DNA from: an uncultured Gemmobacter sp.
Lineage (GTDB): Bacteria > Pseudomonadota > Alphaproteobacteria > Rhodobacterales > Rhodobacteraceae
Direction: 5' to 3'
Assembly (NCBI GenBank): GCA_964439015.1
Contig: CAYTMV010000001.1
Span: 34,174-98,173 of the forward strand
DNA: 64,000 nt
Shown in pieces: positions 1-9,431 of the stretch (positions are counted from its first letter, which is position 1; each line of letters begins with the position of its first letter). The notes under the pieces were generated by a model. It was not told the DNA's origin and did no database searches. It worked only from the letters and a program-made list of their open reading frames with translations. A program made the position numbers and the translations under genes.

Positions 1-8
1 GCAATCAA

Positions 9-980
9 TCAAAGCACCGCCGCACCGGCAAGAAACAGCGCAAACGCAAGCCCCGCATCACGGTTGGTGCGAAACAGCCGCAGGCAAAGCGCGGGGTCGC
101 GGGTGTCCAGCCGGGCCAGCTGCCACAGCATGTGCAGTCCAAAGACCGCGACGCCCGACAGCGCGAGTTGCCGCGCGCCCCCTGTCGGCAGCGCCACCAG
201 AACCGCGGCTGCCAGTGTCAGCACTGTCAGACCCGCAAAGACAGCCAGCCACCGACGCGTGCCGTGATCGCCAAACAGGCGGGCCGTCGATTTCACGCCG
301 ATCAGGGCGTCATCTTCCTTGTCCTGATGTGCATAGATCGTGTCATAAAACAGCGTCCAGAACAGACCGCCCAGCCACAGCAGGATCGCCGGCAGGCTCA
401 GGCTGCCGGCATGGGCCGCCCAGGCCACCAGCGCGCCCCAGTTGAACGCGATTCCCAGAAATGCCTGCGGCCACCAGGTAAAGCGTTTGGCGAAGGGATA
501 GACCGCGACGGGCAGCAAGGCGATCAGCCCCCAGAGGATCGCCGCGGGCGGAAAGGTCAGCAGCACCGCTCCGCCGATTGCGGTTTGCGCCACCAGCCAC
601 AGCAGCGCGCCCTTGACGCTGACCTGTCCCGATGGGATCGGGCGCGAGCGGGTGCGCGCCACGGCCGCGTCATACTCGCGGTCGGTGATGTCATTCCAGG
701 TGCAGCCCGCGCCGCGCATGACCGCCGATCCGAGGGTGCAGCCGATCAGCACCCACAGGTCGAACAGCCGCGCGCCCGCGGGATCGGCCGCGATTGCCAG
801 CGCCAGGCCCCAGAAGCAGGGGATCAGCAGCAGCCAGGTGCCGATCGGCCGGTCTGCCCGGCTGAGGCGCAGCCAGGGGCGCGTGGCGGGCGGGGCGTAA
901 CGATCCACCCAATTGTCTGGCGGCGCATCCGCGACGATGCCCGCGGGCGTTCCATCTGGCAATCCGTTGGCGGGAGGCAT
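9..980 (-). CDS. ubiA: 4-hydroxybenzoate polyprenyltransferase (UbiA family)
   Basis: 323-aa polytopic membrane ORF. It has the UbiA Asp-rich motifs NDITDREYD and YDTIYAHQDKEDD. Confidence 0.85.
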   Translation of the reverse strand: MPPANGLPDGTPAGIVADAPPDNWVDRYAPPATRPWLRLSRADRPIGTWLLLIPCFWGLALAIAADPAGARLFDLWVLIGCTLGSAVMRGAGCTWNDITDREYDAAVARTRSRPIPSGQVSVKGALLWLVAQTAIGGAVLLTFPPAAILWGLIALLPVAVYPFAKRFTWWPQAFLGIAFNWGALVAWAAHAGSLSLPAILLWLGGLFWTLFYDTIYAHQDKEDDALIGVKSTARLFGDHGTRRWLAVFAGLTVLTLAAAVLVALPTGGARQLALSGVAVFGLHMLWQLARLDTRDPALCLRLFRTNRDAGLAFALFLAGAAVL

Positions 981-991
981 AGGTTTGGACC

Positions 992-1717
992 ATGACGCAG
1001 GAAAAGATCAGGCTCCACATAGACCAGCCGCTGGCGACGGGGCAAGCACTGGCCCTGTCAGAGGGGCAGGCCAACTATCTGTTCGCGGTGATGCGCCTGT
1101 CTTTGGGCGCCACGCTGGCGGTGTTCAATGGCCGCGACGGCGTCTGGCGCGCCCGGGTCGAGGCGGCCGGAAAACGCGCCGGCATCCTGCGGGCCGAGCA
1201 ACAGATCGCCCCGCAGATCGTGCCCCCCGACCTTTGGCTGATCTTCGCACCGCTGAAAAAGGCCCGCACCGATTTTCTGGTGGAAAAGGCGGTCGAGCTG
1301 GGGGTGCGGCGCCTCGTGCCGGTCCAGACCCGCTTTACCAATGCCGAGCGGTTGCGGGCCGACAAGGCGCGCGCCCATGCCGTCGAGGCGGCCGAGCAAT
1401 GCGGTGCCTGTTTCGTGCCCGAAGTGGCCGAGTTGCAGCCCTTGGATCGTCTGTTGGCCAATTGGCCGGCGGATCGTCGCATCCTCTGGGGGGACGAGGC
1501 GTTGGCCGGGGTGGCGACGGTTCTTGCCGATGCGCCGCGCGGGCCATGGGCGATCCTGATCGGGCCGGAGGGCGGCTTTTCCGACGAGGAACGTGCCCGC
1601 CTGCGCGCCCATCCGCAGGTGCTGCCGGCCAGCCTTGGCCCGCGGGTGCTGCGCGCCGAAACCGCGGCACTGGCGGCGATCACGCTGTGGCAGGCCAGCC
1701 TCGGGGACTGGGTGTGA
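992..1717 (+). CDS. rsmE: 16S rRNA (uracil1498-N3)-methyltransferase RsmE
   Basis: 241 aa. It has a PUA-like N-terminus and a C-terminal SPOUT signature (ILIGPEGGFSDEE...LGPRVLRAETA). Confidence 0.85.
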   Translation: MTQEKIRLHIDQPLATGQALALSEGQANYLFAVMRLSLGATLAVFNGRDGVWRARVEAAGKRAGILRAEQQIAPQIVPPDLWLIFAPLKKARTDFLVEKAVELGVRRLVPVQTRFTNAERLRADKARAHAVEAAEQCGACFVPEVAELQPLDRLLANWPADRRILWGDEALAGVATVLADAPRGPWAILIGPEGGFSDEERARLRAHPQVLPASLGPRVLRAETAALAAITLWQASLGDWV

Positions 1718-1731
1718 TCCGCCCCGAGGCC

Positions 1732-2238
1732 ATGGCCTTTCTGCACCGTTGGCACGAGGTGGGGCTGTCTGCCCTGGGCGTGGCGCTGGGCCTGTGGCTG
1801 GCGGCCAAGGGCGGGATCGTGTTGCTGCCCATGGGGCTGGCGCTGGCGGCACTGGCCGCGGCCTTCGGCATTCTGGCCTTGCGGCGCCTGCGCTTTGCCG
1901 GGGCAGGCCAGGACGGCCCCGGTCTGGTCGAGATCGACGAGGGCGAAATCCGCTATTTCAGCCCGGATTTCGGCGGGGTCGCGCCGTTGCGCGACGTGAC
2001 CGAGGTGCGGCTGATCGTCCGCGCCGGCCAGCGATTGTGGCGGTTGCGGCTGGATCAGGGCGCGCTGGAGGTGCCCGTGGATGCTGCCGGGGCCGAGGTG
2101 CTGTTTGACGCGCTGTCGGCCCTGCCAGGCATGGATTCGGCCGGGCTGGTCGCCGCGTTGGAGGCGACAGCGCCCGATGCGCTGGGCGCGGTGATCTGGC
2201 GCAGGCCCGTGGCGCGGTTGCAACATCCGCGCGGGTGA
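1732..2238 (+). CDS. hypothetical membrane protein
   Basis: Internal ATG of the 913..2238 frame, just after the rsmE stop. Two hydrophobic helices (LSALGVALGLWLAA, LLPMGLALAALAAAFGILAL) precede a soluble tail. I recognise no family. Confidence 0.45.
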   Translation: MAFLHRWHEVGLSALGVALGLWLAAKGGIVLLPMGLALAALAAAFGILALRRLRFAGAGQDGPGLVEIDEGEIRYFSPDFGGVAPLRDVTEVRLIVRAGQRLWRLRLDQGALEVPVDAAGAEVLFDALSALPGMDSAGLVAALEATAPDALGAVIWRRPVARLQHPRG

Positions 2239-2345
2239 TCTGTGCAACGCTGCACGGATTGCGGGGGCCGCGCGGCAGGTGGCCGTCTTGACACCGGCCC
2301 GCCGCGCCGTCACCACTACGCGTCCCGAAAGAGCGGAGAGTTGCC

Positions 2346-3692
2346 ATGTCCATTCCTCAGTCCGGCGGCGGCCCGATCGAAAGCCTCGATCAGCTGGCGG
2401 CCTATATGGAAAGCGGCTGCAAACCGCCGGCGGATTGGCGCATTGGCACCGAGCATGAGAAGTTCGGCTGGATCGACAATGGGGCTGCGCCCTTGCCCTG
2501 TGACGGCCCGGCCTCGGTCAAGGCGGTGCTGGAGGGGCTGCGCGACAGGTTCGGCTGGCAGCCGGTGCTGGAGCAGGGCGCGCTGATCGGTCTTAGCCGC
2601 AATGGCGCGAATGTCAGCCTCGAGCCGGGCGGCCAGCTGGAGCTGTCGGGCGCACCGCTGACCGACATCCACGCCGTTGCCGCCGAGCTGGATCAGCATC
2701 TGGCCGAGGTGGCGCAGATTGCCGGACCGTTGGGCATCGGCTTTTCGGGCCTCGGCGCCGCACCGATCTGGCGGCACGAGGACATGCCGGTGATGCCCAA
2801 GGGGCGGTATCGGCTGATGACCGAATATATGGGGCGTGTCGGCACGCACGGCACCCAGATGATGTATCGCACCTGCACCGTGCAGGTGAATCTCGACTAT
2901 GCCTCCGAGGCCGACATGGTGAAGAAGCTGCGCGTGGCGCTGGCTTTGCAGCCGGTGGCGACGGCGCTGTTTGCGTCCTCGCCCTTCTTTGAAGGCAAGC
3001 CCAACGGCCACCGCAGCTGGCGCTCGCGGATCTGGCGCTCGCTCGACGATTCGCGCACGGGCATGCTGCCCTTCGCCTTCGAGTCCGGCATGGGCTTTCA
3101 GGCCTATGTGGACTGGGTTCTGGATGTGCCGATGTATTTCGTCTATCGCGACGGCCAATACATTGATGCCCGCGGCCAGAGTTTCCGCGATTTCCTGAAT
3201 GGCAAGCTGCCGGCGCTGCCGGGCGAAAAGCCCACGCTCAGCGATTGGGCCGACCATATGACGACGGTCTTCCCCGAGGCGAGGGTCAAGAAATACATTG
3301 AGATGCGCGGCGCAGATTGCGGCGACCGCGCGCATATCATCGCGCTGCCGGCCTTCTGGGTGGGGCTGATGTATGACCAGACGGCGCTGGATGCAGCCTG
3401 GGATCTGGTCAAGGGCTTTGACGCCGAGACGCGCGAGGGGCTGCGGGTTGCCGCTTCGGTCTCGGCCCTGGCCGGTGAGGCCGGGGGCGTCAAGCTGATG
3501 GATCTGGCGCGCGCCGCCGTGGGCCTGTCGCATGCTGGTCTGGCCGCGCGGGGCCTGGGCGAAGAGCGTTGGCTGGCGCCGCTGGTCGAAAGCCTCGACC
3601 GGGGCGAGGTGCAGGCCGACCGCTATCTCAAGGCGCTGAAAGGCGAATGGGGTGGCGATCTTGGCCGGATCTACGCCGCCACGCAGTTGTAA
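2346..3692 (+). CDS. gshA: glutamate--cysteine ligase, plant/alphaproteobacterial type (GCS2)
   Basis: 448 aa with the N-terminal RIGTEHEKFG motif. Overall similarity is to GSH1-type ligases. Confidence 0.85.
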   Translation: MSIPQSGGGPIESLDQLAAYMESGCKPPADWRIGTEHEKFGWIDNGAAPLPCDGPASVKAVLEGLRDRFGWQPVLEQGALIGLSRNGANVSLEPGGQLELSGAPLTDIHAVAAELDQHLAEVAQIAGPLGIGFSGLGAAPIWRHEDMPVMPKGRYRLMTEYMGRVGTHGTQMMYRTCTVQVNLDYASEADMVKKLRVALALQPVATALFASSPFFEGKPNGHRSWRSRIWRSLDDSRTGMLPFAFESGMGFQAYVDWVLDVPMYFVYRDGQYIDARGQSFRDFLNGKLPALPGEKPTLSDWADHMTTVFPEARVKKYIEMRGADCGDRAHIIALPAFWVGLMYDQTALDAAWDLVKGFDAETREGLRVAASVSALAGEAGGVKLMDLARAAVGLSHAGLAARGLGEERWLAPLVESLDRGEVQADRYLKALKGEWGGDLGRIYAATQL

Positions 3693-3694
3693 GA

Positions 3695-3725
3695 AAAAAG
3701 GCGCGGCAAATGCCGCGCCTTTCTC
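3695..3725. terminator. bidirectional intrinsic terminator between convergent gshA and plsY
   Basis: GC stem GGCGCGG/CCGCGCC is flanked by AAAAAA on one side and TTTCTCTT on the other. Confidence 0.6.
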
Positions 3726-4331
3726 TTACTTCTTGCCGATCTTCGGCTCGGTCCCGGCTTTGAGGCGGGCGATATTGGCGGCGTGACGCCAATAGACCAG
3801 CAGCGTCAGGATCACGCCCAGAATCATCAACCGGCCATGACCCAGCCCCAGCATCCAGAAGGTTGACGATCCGGCTGCCACCAACGCCGACAGCGACGAG
3901 ATGCGGCTCAGCACCGCCACGACCAGCCAGGTGGCACAGCAGGCCACGCCCACCGGCCAGGCCAGCGCCAGAAGGGTGCCCAGAAAGGTCGCAACCCCCT
4001 TGCCGCCCTTGAAATTCAGAAACACCGGGAACAGATGGCCCAGAAAGGCCGACAGTCCGGCCAATTGGGCGGCATCCTCGGCGACCAGCGCGCGGGCAAG
4101 CAGCACCGCGACGCCGCCCTTAGCGGCATCCAGCAGCAGCGTGGCCGCGGCGGCGGCCTTGTTGCCGGTGCGCAGCACATTTGTTGCGCCGATATTGCCC
4201 GAGCCGATCTGGCGCAGGTCGCCCAGCCCCAGAGAGCGGGTGATCAGGATGCCGAAGGGCACCGAGCCCAGCAGATAGGCCAGCGCCGCAACGATCGCCA
4301 GGGTCGCGCCGGGTGTGACCAGTTCAGGCAT
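3726..4331 (-). CDS. plsY: glycerol-3-phosphate acyltransferase PlsY
   Basis: PlsY signature GSVPFG...[12 protein letters not shown]. The start is set at MPELV, whose ATG overlaps the upstream stop as ATGCCTGA. Confidence 0.9.
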   Translation of the reverse strand: MPELVTPGATLAIVAALAYLLGSVPFGILITRSLGLGDLRQIGSGNIGATNVLRTGNKAAAAATLLLDAAKGGVAVLLARALVAEDAAQLAGLSAFLGHLFPVFLNFKGGKGVATFLGTLLALAWPVGVACCATWLVVAVLSRISSLSALVAAGSSTFWMLGLGHGRLMILGVILTLLVYWRHAANIARLKAGTEPKIGKK

Positions 4332-5601
4332 TCTGCCCCTCCGCATAGATACGCCGGCCACCGGCCCAGGTGCCCAGCACCTTGCCTTCCATCCGCGCGC
4401 CGTCAAAGGGGGTATTCTTGGATTTCGACATCAGTGTGAAACGGTCCAGCACAAAGGGCGCATCGGTGTCGAACAGCACCAGATCGGCGGGCGCCCCCAC
4501 CGCCAGCCGTCCGACGGGCAGCCCCAGCCGTTGTGCCGGGTTGAAGCTCATTGCGCGCCACAGTTGCGGCAGGCTGAGAAGCCCCGCGTGATACAGCCGC
4601 ATGGCCGCGGGCAGCAGGGTTTGCAGACCCACGGCACCGGCGGCGGCCTCTTCATAGGGCAGGCGCTTGCTTTCCTCATCCGCAGGGGTGTGCATCGAGC
4701 AGATCACATCGATCAGCCCGGTGCCCACCGCATCGACCATGGCCAGCCGGTCATCCTCGGATCGCAGCGGCGGGGTCAGCTTGAAGAAGGTGCGATAATC
4801 GCCCACGTCCAGATCGTTCAGCGTCAGGTGGTGGATCGAGACGCCGGCGGTCACATCCAGCCCGGCGCGCTTGGCCCGCTCCAGCGAGGGCAGGCTGCGT
4901 GCGACGGTGATCTGGTCGGCGTGATAGCGCACGCCCGTCATCTCGACCAGGCCCAGATCGCGGTCCAGCCCGATCCGCTCGGCCATGGGATGCACCGCGG
5001 GCAGGCCGCGCAGCGAGGCAAACTTGCCAGACGTGACTGCGGCGCCCGCCGACAAGCCCGGCTCTTGCGGATGGCCAACCACCAGGGCGCCAAGACTGCG
5101 GGCATAGGTCAGCGCGCGGCCCAGCGCCTTGGTGTCACTGGATACCGCATCGGCATCGGTAAAGGCCACGGCGCCGGCATCCATCAGGAAACCGATCTCG
5201 GTCATCTCATGCCCGCGCCGGCCTTTGGTCAGCGCCGCCATGTGCCGGATGCGCACGGGGCTGGCCTCGGCCGCGCGGCGGGTCACGAACTCCAGCGTTT
5301 CGGGGGTGTCGATGGCGGGGACGGTGTCGGGGCGGGCAATGATCGTGGTCACGCCCCCCGCCGCCGCCGCAAGCCCAGCCGAGCGGAAACTCTCGCGGTG
5401 GCGTTCGCCCGGTTCGCCGATCTTGACGCCCCAATCGACGATGCCGGGGGCGAGGCATTTGCCGCCGCCGTCGATCACCTCGGCCCCGGCGGGGGCGGGG
5501 CCATCGACGGCCGCAATCAGCCCGCCACTGACGGTCAGGCTGCCGGGCTGGTCGCTGAGGCCTTCGGGGTCGATCAGGCGGACATTGGTGAAATGCAGCA
5601 T
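4324..5601 (-). CDS. dihydroorotase-like protein, probably the non-catalytic PyrC-prime type
   Basis: 425-aa amidohydrolase fold encoded downstream of pyrB. The usual metal-binding D-x-H-x-H stretch reads [14 protein letters not shown], with no HxH. Confidence 0.75.
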   Translation of the reverse strand: MLHFTNVRLIDPEGLSDQPGSLTVSGGLIAAVDGPAPAGAEVIDGGGKCLAPGIVDWGVKIGEPGERHRESFRSAGLAAAAGGVTTIIARPDTVPAIDTPETLEFVTRRAAEASPVRIRHMAALTKGRRGHEMTEIGFLMDAGAVAFTDADAVSSDTKALGRALTYARSLGALVVGHPQEPGLSAGAAVTSGKFASLRGLPAVHPMAERIGLDRDLGLVEMTGVRYHADQITVARSLPSLERAKRAGLDVTAGVSIHHLTLNDLDVGDYRTFFKLTPPLRSEDDRLAMVDAVGTGLIDVICSMHTPADEESKRLPYEEAAAGAVGLQTLLPAAMRLYHAGLLSLPQLWRAMSFNPAQRLGLPVGRLAVGAPADLVLFDTDAPFVLDRFTLMSKSKNTPFDGARMEGKVLGTWAGGRRIYAEGQNA

Positions 5602-5610
5602 GGTGCCTTC

Positions 5611-6072
5611 TCAGCCTTTCCTGCGCTTGCCGTTGCGGGCATCGGTGATCGCGGCGATGGTTCTTGCGGCCTCGCGCTGGTATTTGATCAAGTGCTTGTC
5701 GCCGCTTTGGGTGATGATCTGGACATCCCCGAAGAACGGGCGCGCCTCGCGGATATCCGCCAGGGCCACCGCCCGCCCGCCGGGGCCCAACAGTCGCCGA
5801 TCGGTCACGCGCCACGCCTGACCCAGCGCCTCGGACCGCAAGTAGGCGGCCCTTATCCCGATCGCCAGCGCCGCGGCCAGCGGGCCGACCCAGGGCGTCG
5901 GGTTGTCGATCCACCACAGCACCACGCCGGCGATGAAACCGAACACGACGACCATGATCAGATGGTTGCGGATATAGGTCTGGCCATCGGCGGTCAGGGT
6001 CGCCAGCAGCCGCTCGCCCTCAGCCAGAGGCTGATCGAGGCCGAGGACCGGGTCGCGCTGGATCTCAGACAT
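5611..6072 (-). CDS. hypothetical membrane protein between pyrB and the pyrC-like gene
   Basis: 153 aa from the internal ATG (MSEIQRD). That ATG overlaps the pyrB stop as ATGTCTGA. Two adjacent TM helices are followed by a soluble domain. Confidence 0.5.
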   Translation of the reverse strand: MSEIQRDPVLGLDQPLAEGERLLATLTADGQTYIRNHLIMVVVFGFIAGVVLWWIDNPTPWVGPLAAALAIGIRAAYLRSEALGQAWRVTDRRLLGPGGRAVALADIREARPFFGDVQIITQSGDKHLIKYQREAARTIAAITDARNGKRRKG

Positions 6073-7027
6073 AGGTTTCCACCGCCTTGGCCCCACGTTC
6101 GGCGCGCAGGTTGCGGGCCAGCAGGTCCATGCAGGCCATCCGCACTGCCACGCCCATCTCGACCTGCTCCTGAATGACCGAGCGGTTGATGTCATCGGCA
6201 ATCTCGCCGTCGATCTCGACGCCGCGGTTCATCGGGCCGGGATGCATGACGATCGCATCGGGCGCGGCATGGGCCAGCTTTTCGGCATCCAGCCCGTAGC
6301 GGTGGTAATATTCGCGTTCCGAGGGGATGAAGCCGCCATCCATCCGCTCTTTCTGAAGGCGCAGCATCATGACGACGTCGGCGCCCTTCAGCCCCTCGCG
6401 CATGTCATCGGTCACCTCGCAGCCAAACTCGGCCACGCCGGGCGGCATCAGGGTGGGCGGGCCGACCAGCCGCACTCGGTTTTCCATCTTGCCCAGCAGG
6501 ATCAGGTTGCTGCGCGCCACCCGACTGTGGGCGATGTCGCCACAGATCGCAACGGTCAGGCGCTGGATGCGGCCCTTGGCGCGGCGGATGGTCAGCGCAT
6601 CCAGCAGCGCCTGCGTGGGATGCTCGTGCCGGCCGTCGCCCGCGTTCAGCACCGCGCAATTCACCTTGCTGGCCAGAAGGTTGACCGCACCCGAGGCCGG
6701 ATGCCGCACCACCAGCAGGTCGGGATGCATGGCGTTCAGCGTCAGGGCGGTATCGATCAGGGTTTCGCCCTTTTTCACGCTGGACTGCGACACCGCCATG
6801 TTCATCACATCGGCCCCCAGCCGCTTGCCGGCCAGTTCAAAACTGGCCTGCGTGCGGGTGGAGTTTTCGAAGAACATGTTGATCTGGGTCAGCCCCGCCA
6901 ACGCGTCCGAGGCCTTTACCGTGCGGCGGTTCAGCTCCACATAGCGGTCGGCAAGGTCAAGAACGGTGCGGATTTCATCGGGGGCCAGATGCTCGATGCC
7001 AAGCAGGTGACGGGCGCGGAAGCTCAT
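6065..7027 (-). CDS. pyrB: aspartate carbamoyltransferase catalytic subunit
   Basis: ATCase motifs STRTQASFE and HPTQALLD. The start MSFRARHLL is preceded by a GGGAGA RBS. Confidence 0.9.
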   Translation of the reverse strand: MSFRARHLLGIEHLAPDEIRTVLDLADRYVELNRRTVKASDALAGLTQINMFFENSTRTQASFELAGKRLGADVMNMAVSQSSVKKGETLIDTALTLNAMHPDLLVVRHPASGAVNLLASKVNCAVLNAGDGRHEHPTQALLDALTIRRAKGRIQRLTVAICGDIAHSRVARSNLILLGKMENRVRLVGPPTLMPPGVAEFGCEVTDDMREGLKGADVVMMLRLQKERMDGGFIPSEREYYHRYGLDAEKLAHAAPDAIVMHPGPMNRGVEIDGEIADDINRSVIQEQVEMGVAVRMACMDLLARNLRAERGAKAVETYV

Positions 7028-7123
7028 GGGCATCTCCCTTGGTTTCGCGCGGTTATAGGAAGGCCGCGCCGAGGGGGCAAGCGCGTGTTGTGCCTTGGCC
7101 CGCCCCGGCATAGCTTGGCGGCC

Positions 7124-7951
7124 ATGGGAATCGCCGCCGACATCACCGCCGATTGGCATGCCAGCCTAGCCGCGCTGGCCTGGCAGCTTGAGATGGGCGT
7201 CGATGAGCTGATGCTGGACGCGCCGCTGGACCGTTTTGCGCTGGCCGAGGCCGAAGCGGCCGCCCGCGCGGCCGAGCCTGCCCCGGCCCCGCGTCAGACG
7301 ACCCGCCAGACCCCATCAGAACCGCCGCCGCCCGCCACCAAGGTTGACCCCGTAGCCGAGGCCGAAGCGGCGGCCGGCCGCGCCACCAGCCTCGAGGCCC
7401 TGCACGACGCGCTGGCCGCCTTTCCGCATTGCGATCTGAAAAAGGGCGCCCGGAACACCGTGTTCTGTGATGGGCGGGCAGATGCGCGCGTGATGCTGAT
7501 CGGCGAGGCGCCGGGACGTGACGAGGATGTGTCCGGCCGCCCCTTCGTGGGCCGGGCCGGGCAGATGCTGGACCGGATGTTTGCGGCGATCGGCCTGTCG
7601 CGCTCCAGCCCTGATGCGCAGGCGGGGATTTACATCACCAATGTCATGCCGTGGCGGCCGCCCGGCAACCGTGACCCCTCGGCTGAAGAAATCGCGATGA
7701 TGCTGCCCTTTCTGCGCCGACATGTGGCGCTGGCCGATCCTGCGTTAATCGTGGTCATGGGCAATACCTCGGCCAAGGCGGTGCTGGGCGTGTCGGGGAT
7801 CACCCGGCTGCGCGGAGAGTGGACGCAAGGGCTTGGCAAGCCGGTCCTGCCGATGCTGCATCCGGCCTATCTGCTCCGGAACCCGTCGGCCAAGCGCGAG
7901 GCCTGGGCCGACCTGCTGTCGTTGCGCGCGCGGCTGGACAGCGTTGGCTGA
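7124..7951 (+). CDS. uracil-DNA glycosylase, family 4
   Basis: The C-terminal domain has the GEAPGRDED and RPFVGRAGQ motifs. An Ala/Pro-rich N-terminal extension is present. The start is the internal ATG (MGIAADI) of the 6242..7951 frame. Confidence 0.8.
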   Translation: MGIAADITADWHASLAALAWQLEMGVDELMLDAPLDRFALAEAEAAARAAEPAPAPRQTTRQTPSEPPPPATKVDPVAEAEAAAGRATSLEALHDALAAFPHCDLKKGARNTVFCDGRADARVMLIGEAPGRDEDVSGRPFVGRAGQMLDRMFAAIGLSRSSPDAQAGIYITNVMPWRPPGNRDPSAEEIAMMLPFLRRHVALADPALIVVMGNTSAKAVLGVSGITRLRGEWTQGLGKPVLPMLHPAYLLRNPSAKREAWADLLSLRARLDSVG

Positions 7952-7971
7952 CGCTCAGCGTTGGCTGAGGC

Positions 7972-8754
7972 TCAATCGCAGCCGGTGATCTCGACCGCGC
8001 CGTCCTTGCCCAACACGGTCATACGCAGGCCCGTCGTGTCCAGATCGAAGGGCTTTCCCGCCCCCGGCACCAGATCGGCCTCGGCGGTCAGCTTGCCCTC
8101 CTGTTGTTCCAGCACCGCGTCAGACACCCAGATGCCAGCCTCGGCAGGCTCGATCACAACAGCCTGAGGGTCGGTGATCCTCGGCATATCGAACCGTGCC
8201 GTGACGCGGACACCGTCGCTGATCGGCTCGACCGCGCAGGCCACGCCGCCCGTTTCGGTCTCAGGCAGGTGCGCCAGCGCGGCCGCGATGCGCGGGTCTT
8301 CCGTCGGCTGCGGCTGCGCGCCCCCAAGGTTTGCGTCAAGGTCCAGCGCCGCGGGCATGCAGACATCCTCGCAGATGCCAAGGTCGATGCGGGCGGCAAT
8401 CTGCATCGGCTGGGTCGGATCGACCGGGGTCAATTCGATCGGCAGGATCAGCTCGTCGAGATAGCCGATGGTCTGCACCCCGTCGCGCTCAAACACCTGC
8501 GGCGTCGGCCAGTGCAACTGCGCGCCCGCCAGATTGGCCGAGCCCGACCAGTCGAACTGCGGAGGCAGACCGGCATCGCCGGGGCTGCGCCAGTAGGTTT
8601 TCCAGCCGGGGGCCAGTTGAAGGTGCAGCGCAGCCATGCGGGTGCCGCTTTCGGTGGTCCAGCCGGGCAGGATCTCTGCCGCCAGAATCTGCGGCGGGCT
8701 TTCCGCCTGGGCGGGCAGGGCGAGGGCGAGCAGGAGGGCAAAGGCTTTTCTCAT
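7972..8754 (-). CDS. secreted DsbD N-terminal-domain-like (thiol:disulfide interchange related) protein
   Basis: 260 aa with a signal peptide (MRKAFALLLALALPAQA). The GWKTYWRSPGDAGLPP motif is typical of DsbD-alpha/ScsB-like domains. Confidence 0.6.
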   Translation of the reverse strand: MRKAFALLLALALPAQAESPPQILAAEILPGWTTESGTRMAALHLQLAPGWKTYWRSPGDAGLPPQFDWSGSANLAGAQLHWPTPQVFERDGVQTIGYLDELILPIELTPVDPTQPMQIAARIDLGICEDVCMPAALDLDANLGGAQPQPTEDPRIAAALAHLPETETGGVACAVEPISDGVRVTARFDMPRITDPQAVVIEPAEAGIWVSDAVLEQQEGKLTAEADLVPGAGKPFDLDTTGLRMTVLGKDGAVEITGCD

Positions 8755-8876
8755 GCCCCCGATATGGCGCGCCCGAACGATTCAGCAAAATCACATTCGG
8801 GCGACACCGCGTTACAGTGGCCCTCTTGCCGCAGCCCGCCCGCCGGCCCACATTGAAGAAAACGGAGGTGCGGCAC

Positions 8877-9431
8877 ATGGACCTGACTGGCTCGATCCTG
8901 ATTTCGATGCCCGGCATGGGCGATCCACGGTTTGCCCATAGCGTGGTGCTGATCTGCGCCCATTCGGACGAGGGGGCGATGGGGCTGATCGTCAACAAGC
9001 CCCTGCCGGACCTGAACTTTGCCGGGTTGTTGCAGCATCTCAACATCCCGACCAGCCCCGAGGGGCGCGACATCCGCGTGCATTTCGGTGGCCCGGTAGA
9101 ACGCGGGCGCGGTTTCGTGCTGCATTCGACCGATTGGCCGGGCGAGGGTGGCACGCTGGAGGTTGCGGGCGACTACGGCCTGACCGGCACGATGGACGTG
9201 CTGCAATCGCTGGCCACGGGGGGCGGCCCCTCCCGCGCGCTGCTGGCGCTGGGCTACGCCGGCTGGTGGCCAGGGCAGCTGGAGGCCGAGATCGCGCGCA
9301 ACGACTGGCTGACGGCCGACGCCCCGCAGGATCTGGTGTTTGCCGCGGATGATGGCGGCAAATGGGCGGCGGCCTTGAAACAGCTGGGGGTCGACCCGCT
9401 GTCGCTGTCGGCCACCGCCGGGCGGGCCTGA
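8877..9431 (+). CDS. YqgE/AlgH family protein (UPF0301)
   Basis: 184 aa with a GGAGG RBS upstream. The motifs FAHSVVLICAHSDEGAMGLIVNKP and GYAGWWPGQLE are present. Confidence 0.85.
   Translation: MDLTGSILISMPGMGDPRFAHSVVLICAHSDEGAMGLIVNKPLPDLNFAGLLQHLNIPTSPEGRDIRVHFGGPVERGRGFVLHSTDWPGEGGTLEVAGDYGLTGTMDVLQSLATGGGPSRALLALGYAGWWPGQLEAEIARNDWLTADAPQDLVFAADDGGKWAAALKQLGVDPLSLSATAGRA

Noticed and set aside
913-2238. 441-aa ORF spanning rsmE in another frame
   Set aside because: Only its last 168 codons (from the ATG at 1732, after the rsmE stop) look like a real membrane protein. The upstream part overlaps rsmE and is R/G/A-rich.
4315-6177. 620-aa plus-strand ORF. Similar long antisense ORFs occur at 6242..7123, 9624..11264, 15785..17311, 24691..26523, 29006..30607, 31360..33126, 61544..63547 and 56424..57824.
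   Set aside because: All lie opposite genes with recognisable family signatures. All have Arg/Gly/His/Pro-rich, motif-free translations. These are typical stop-codon-poor frames of a genome with about 66 percent GC.
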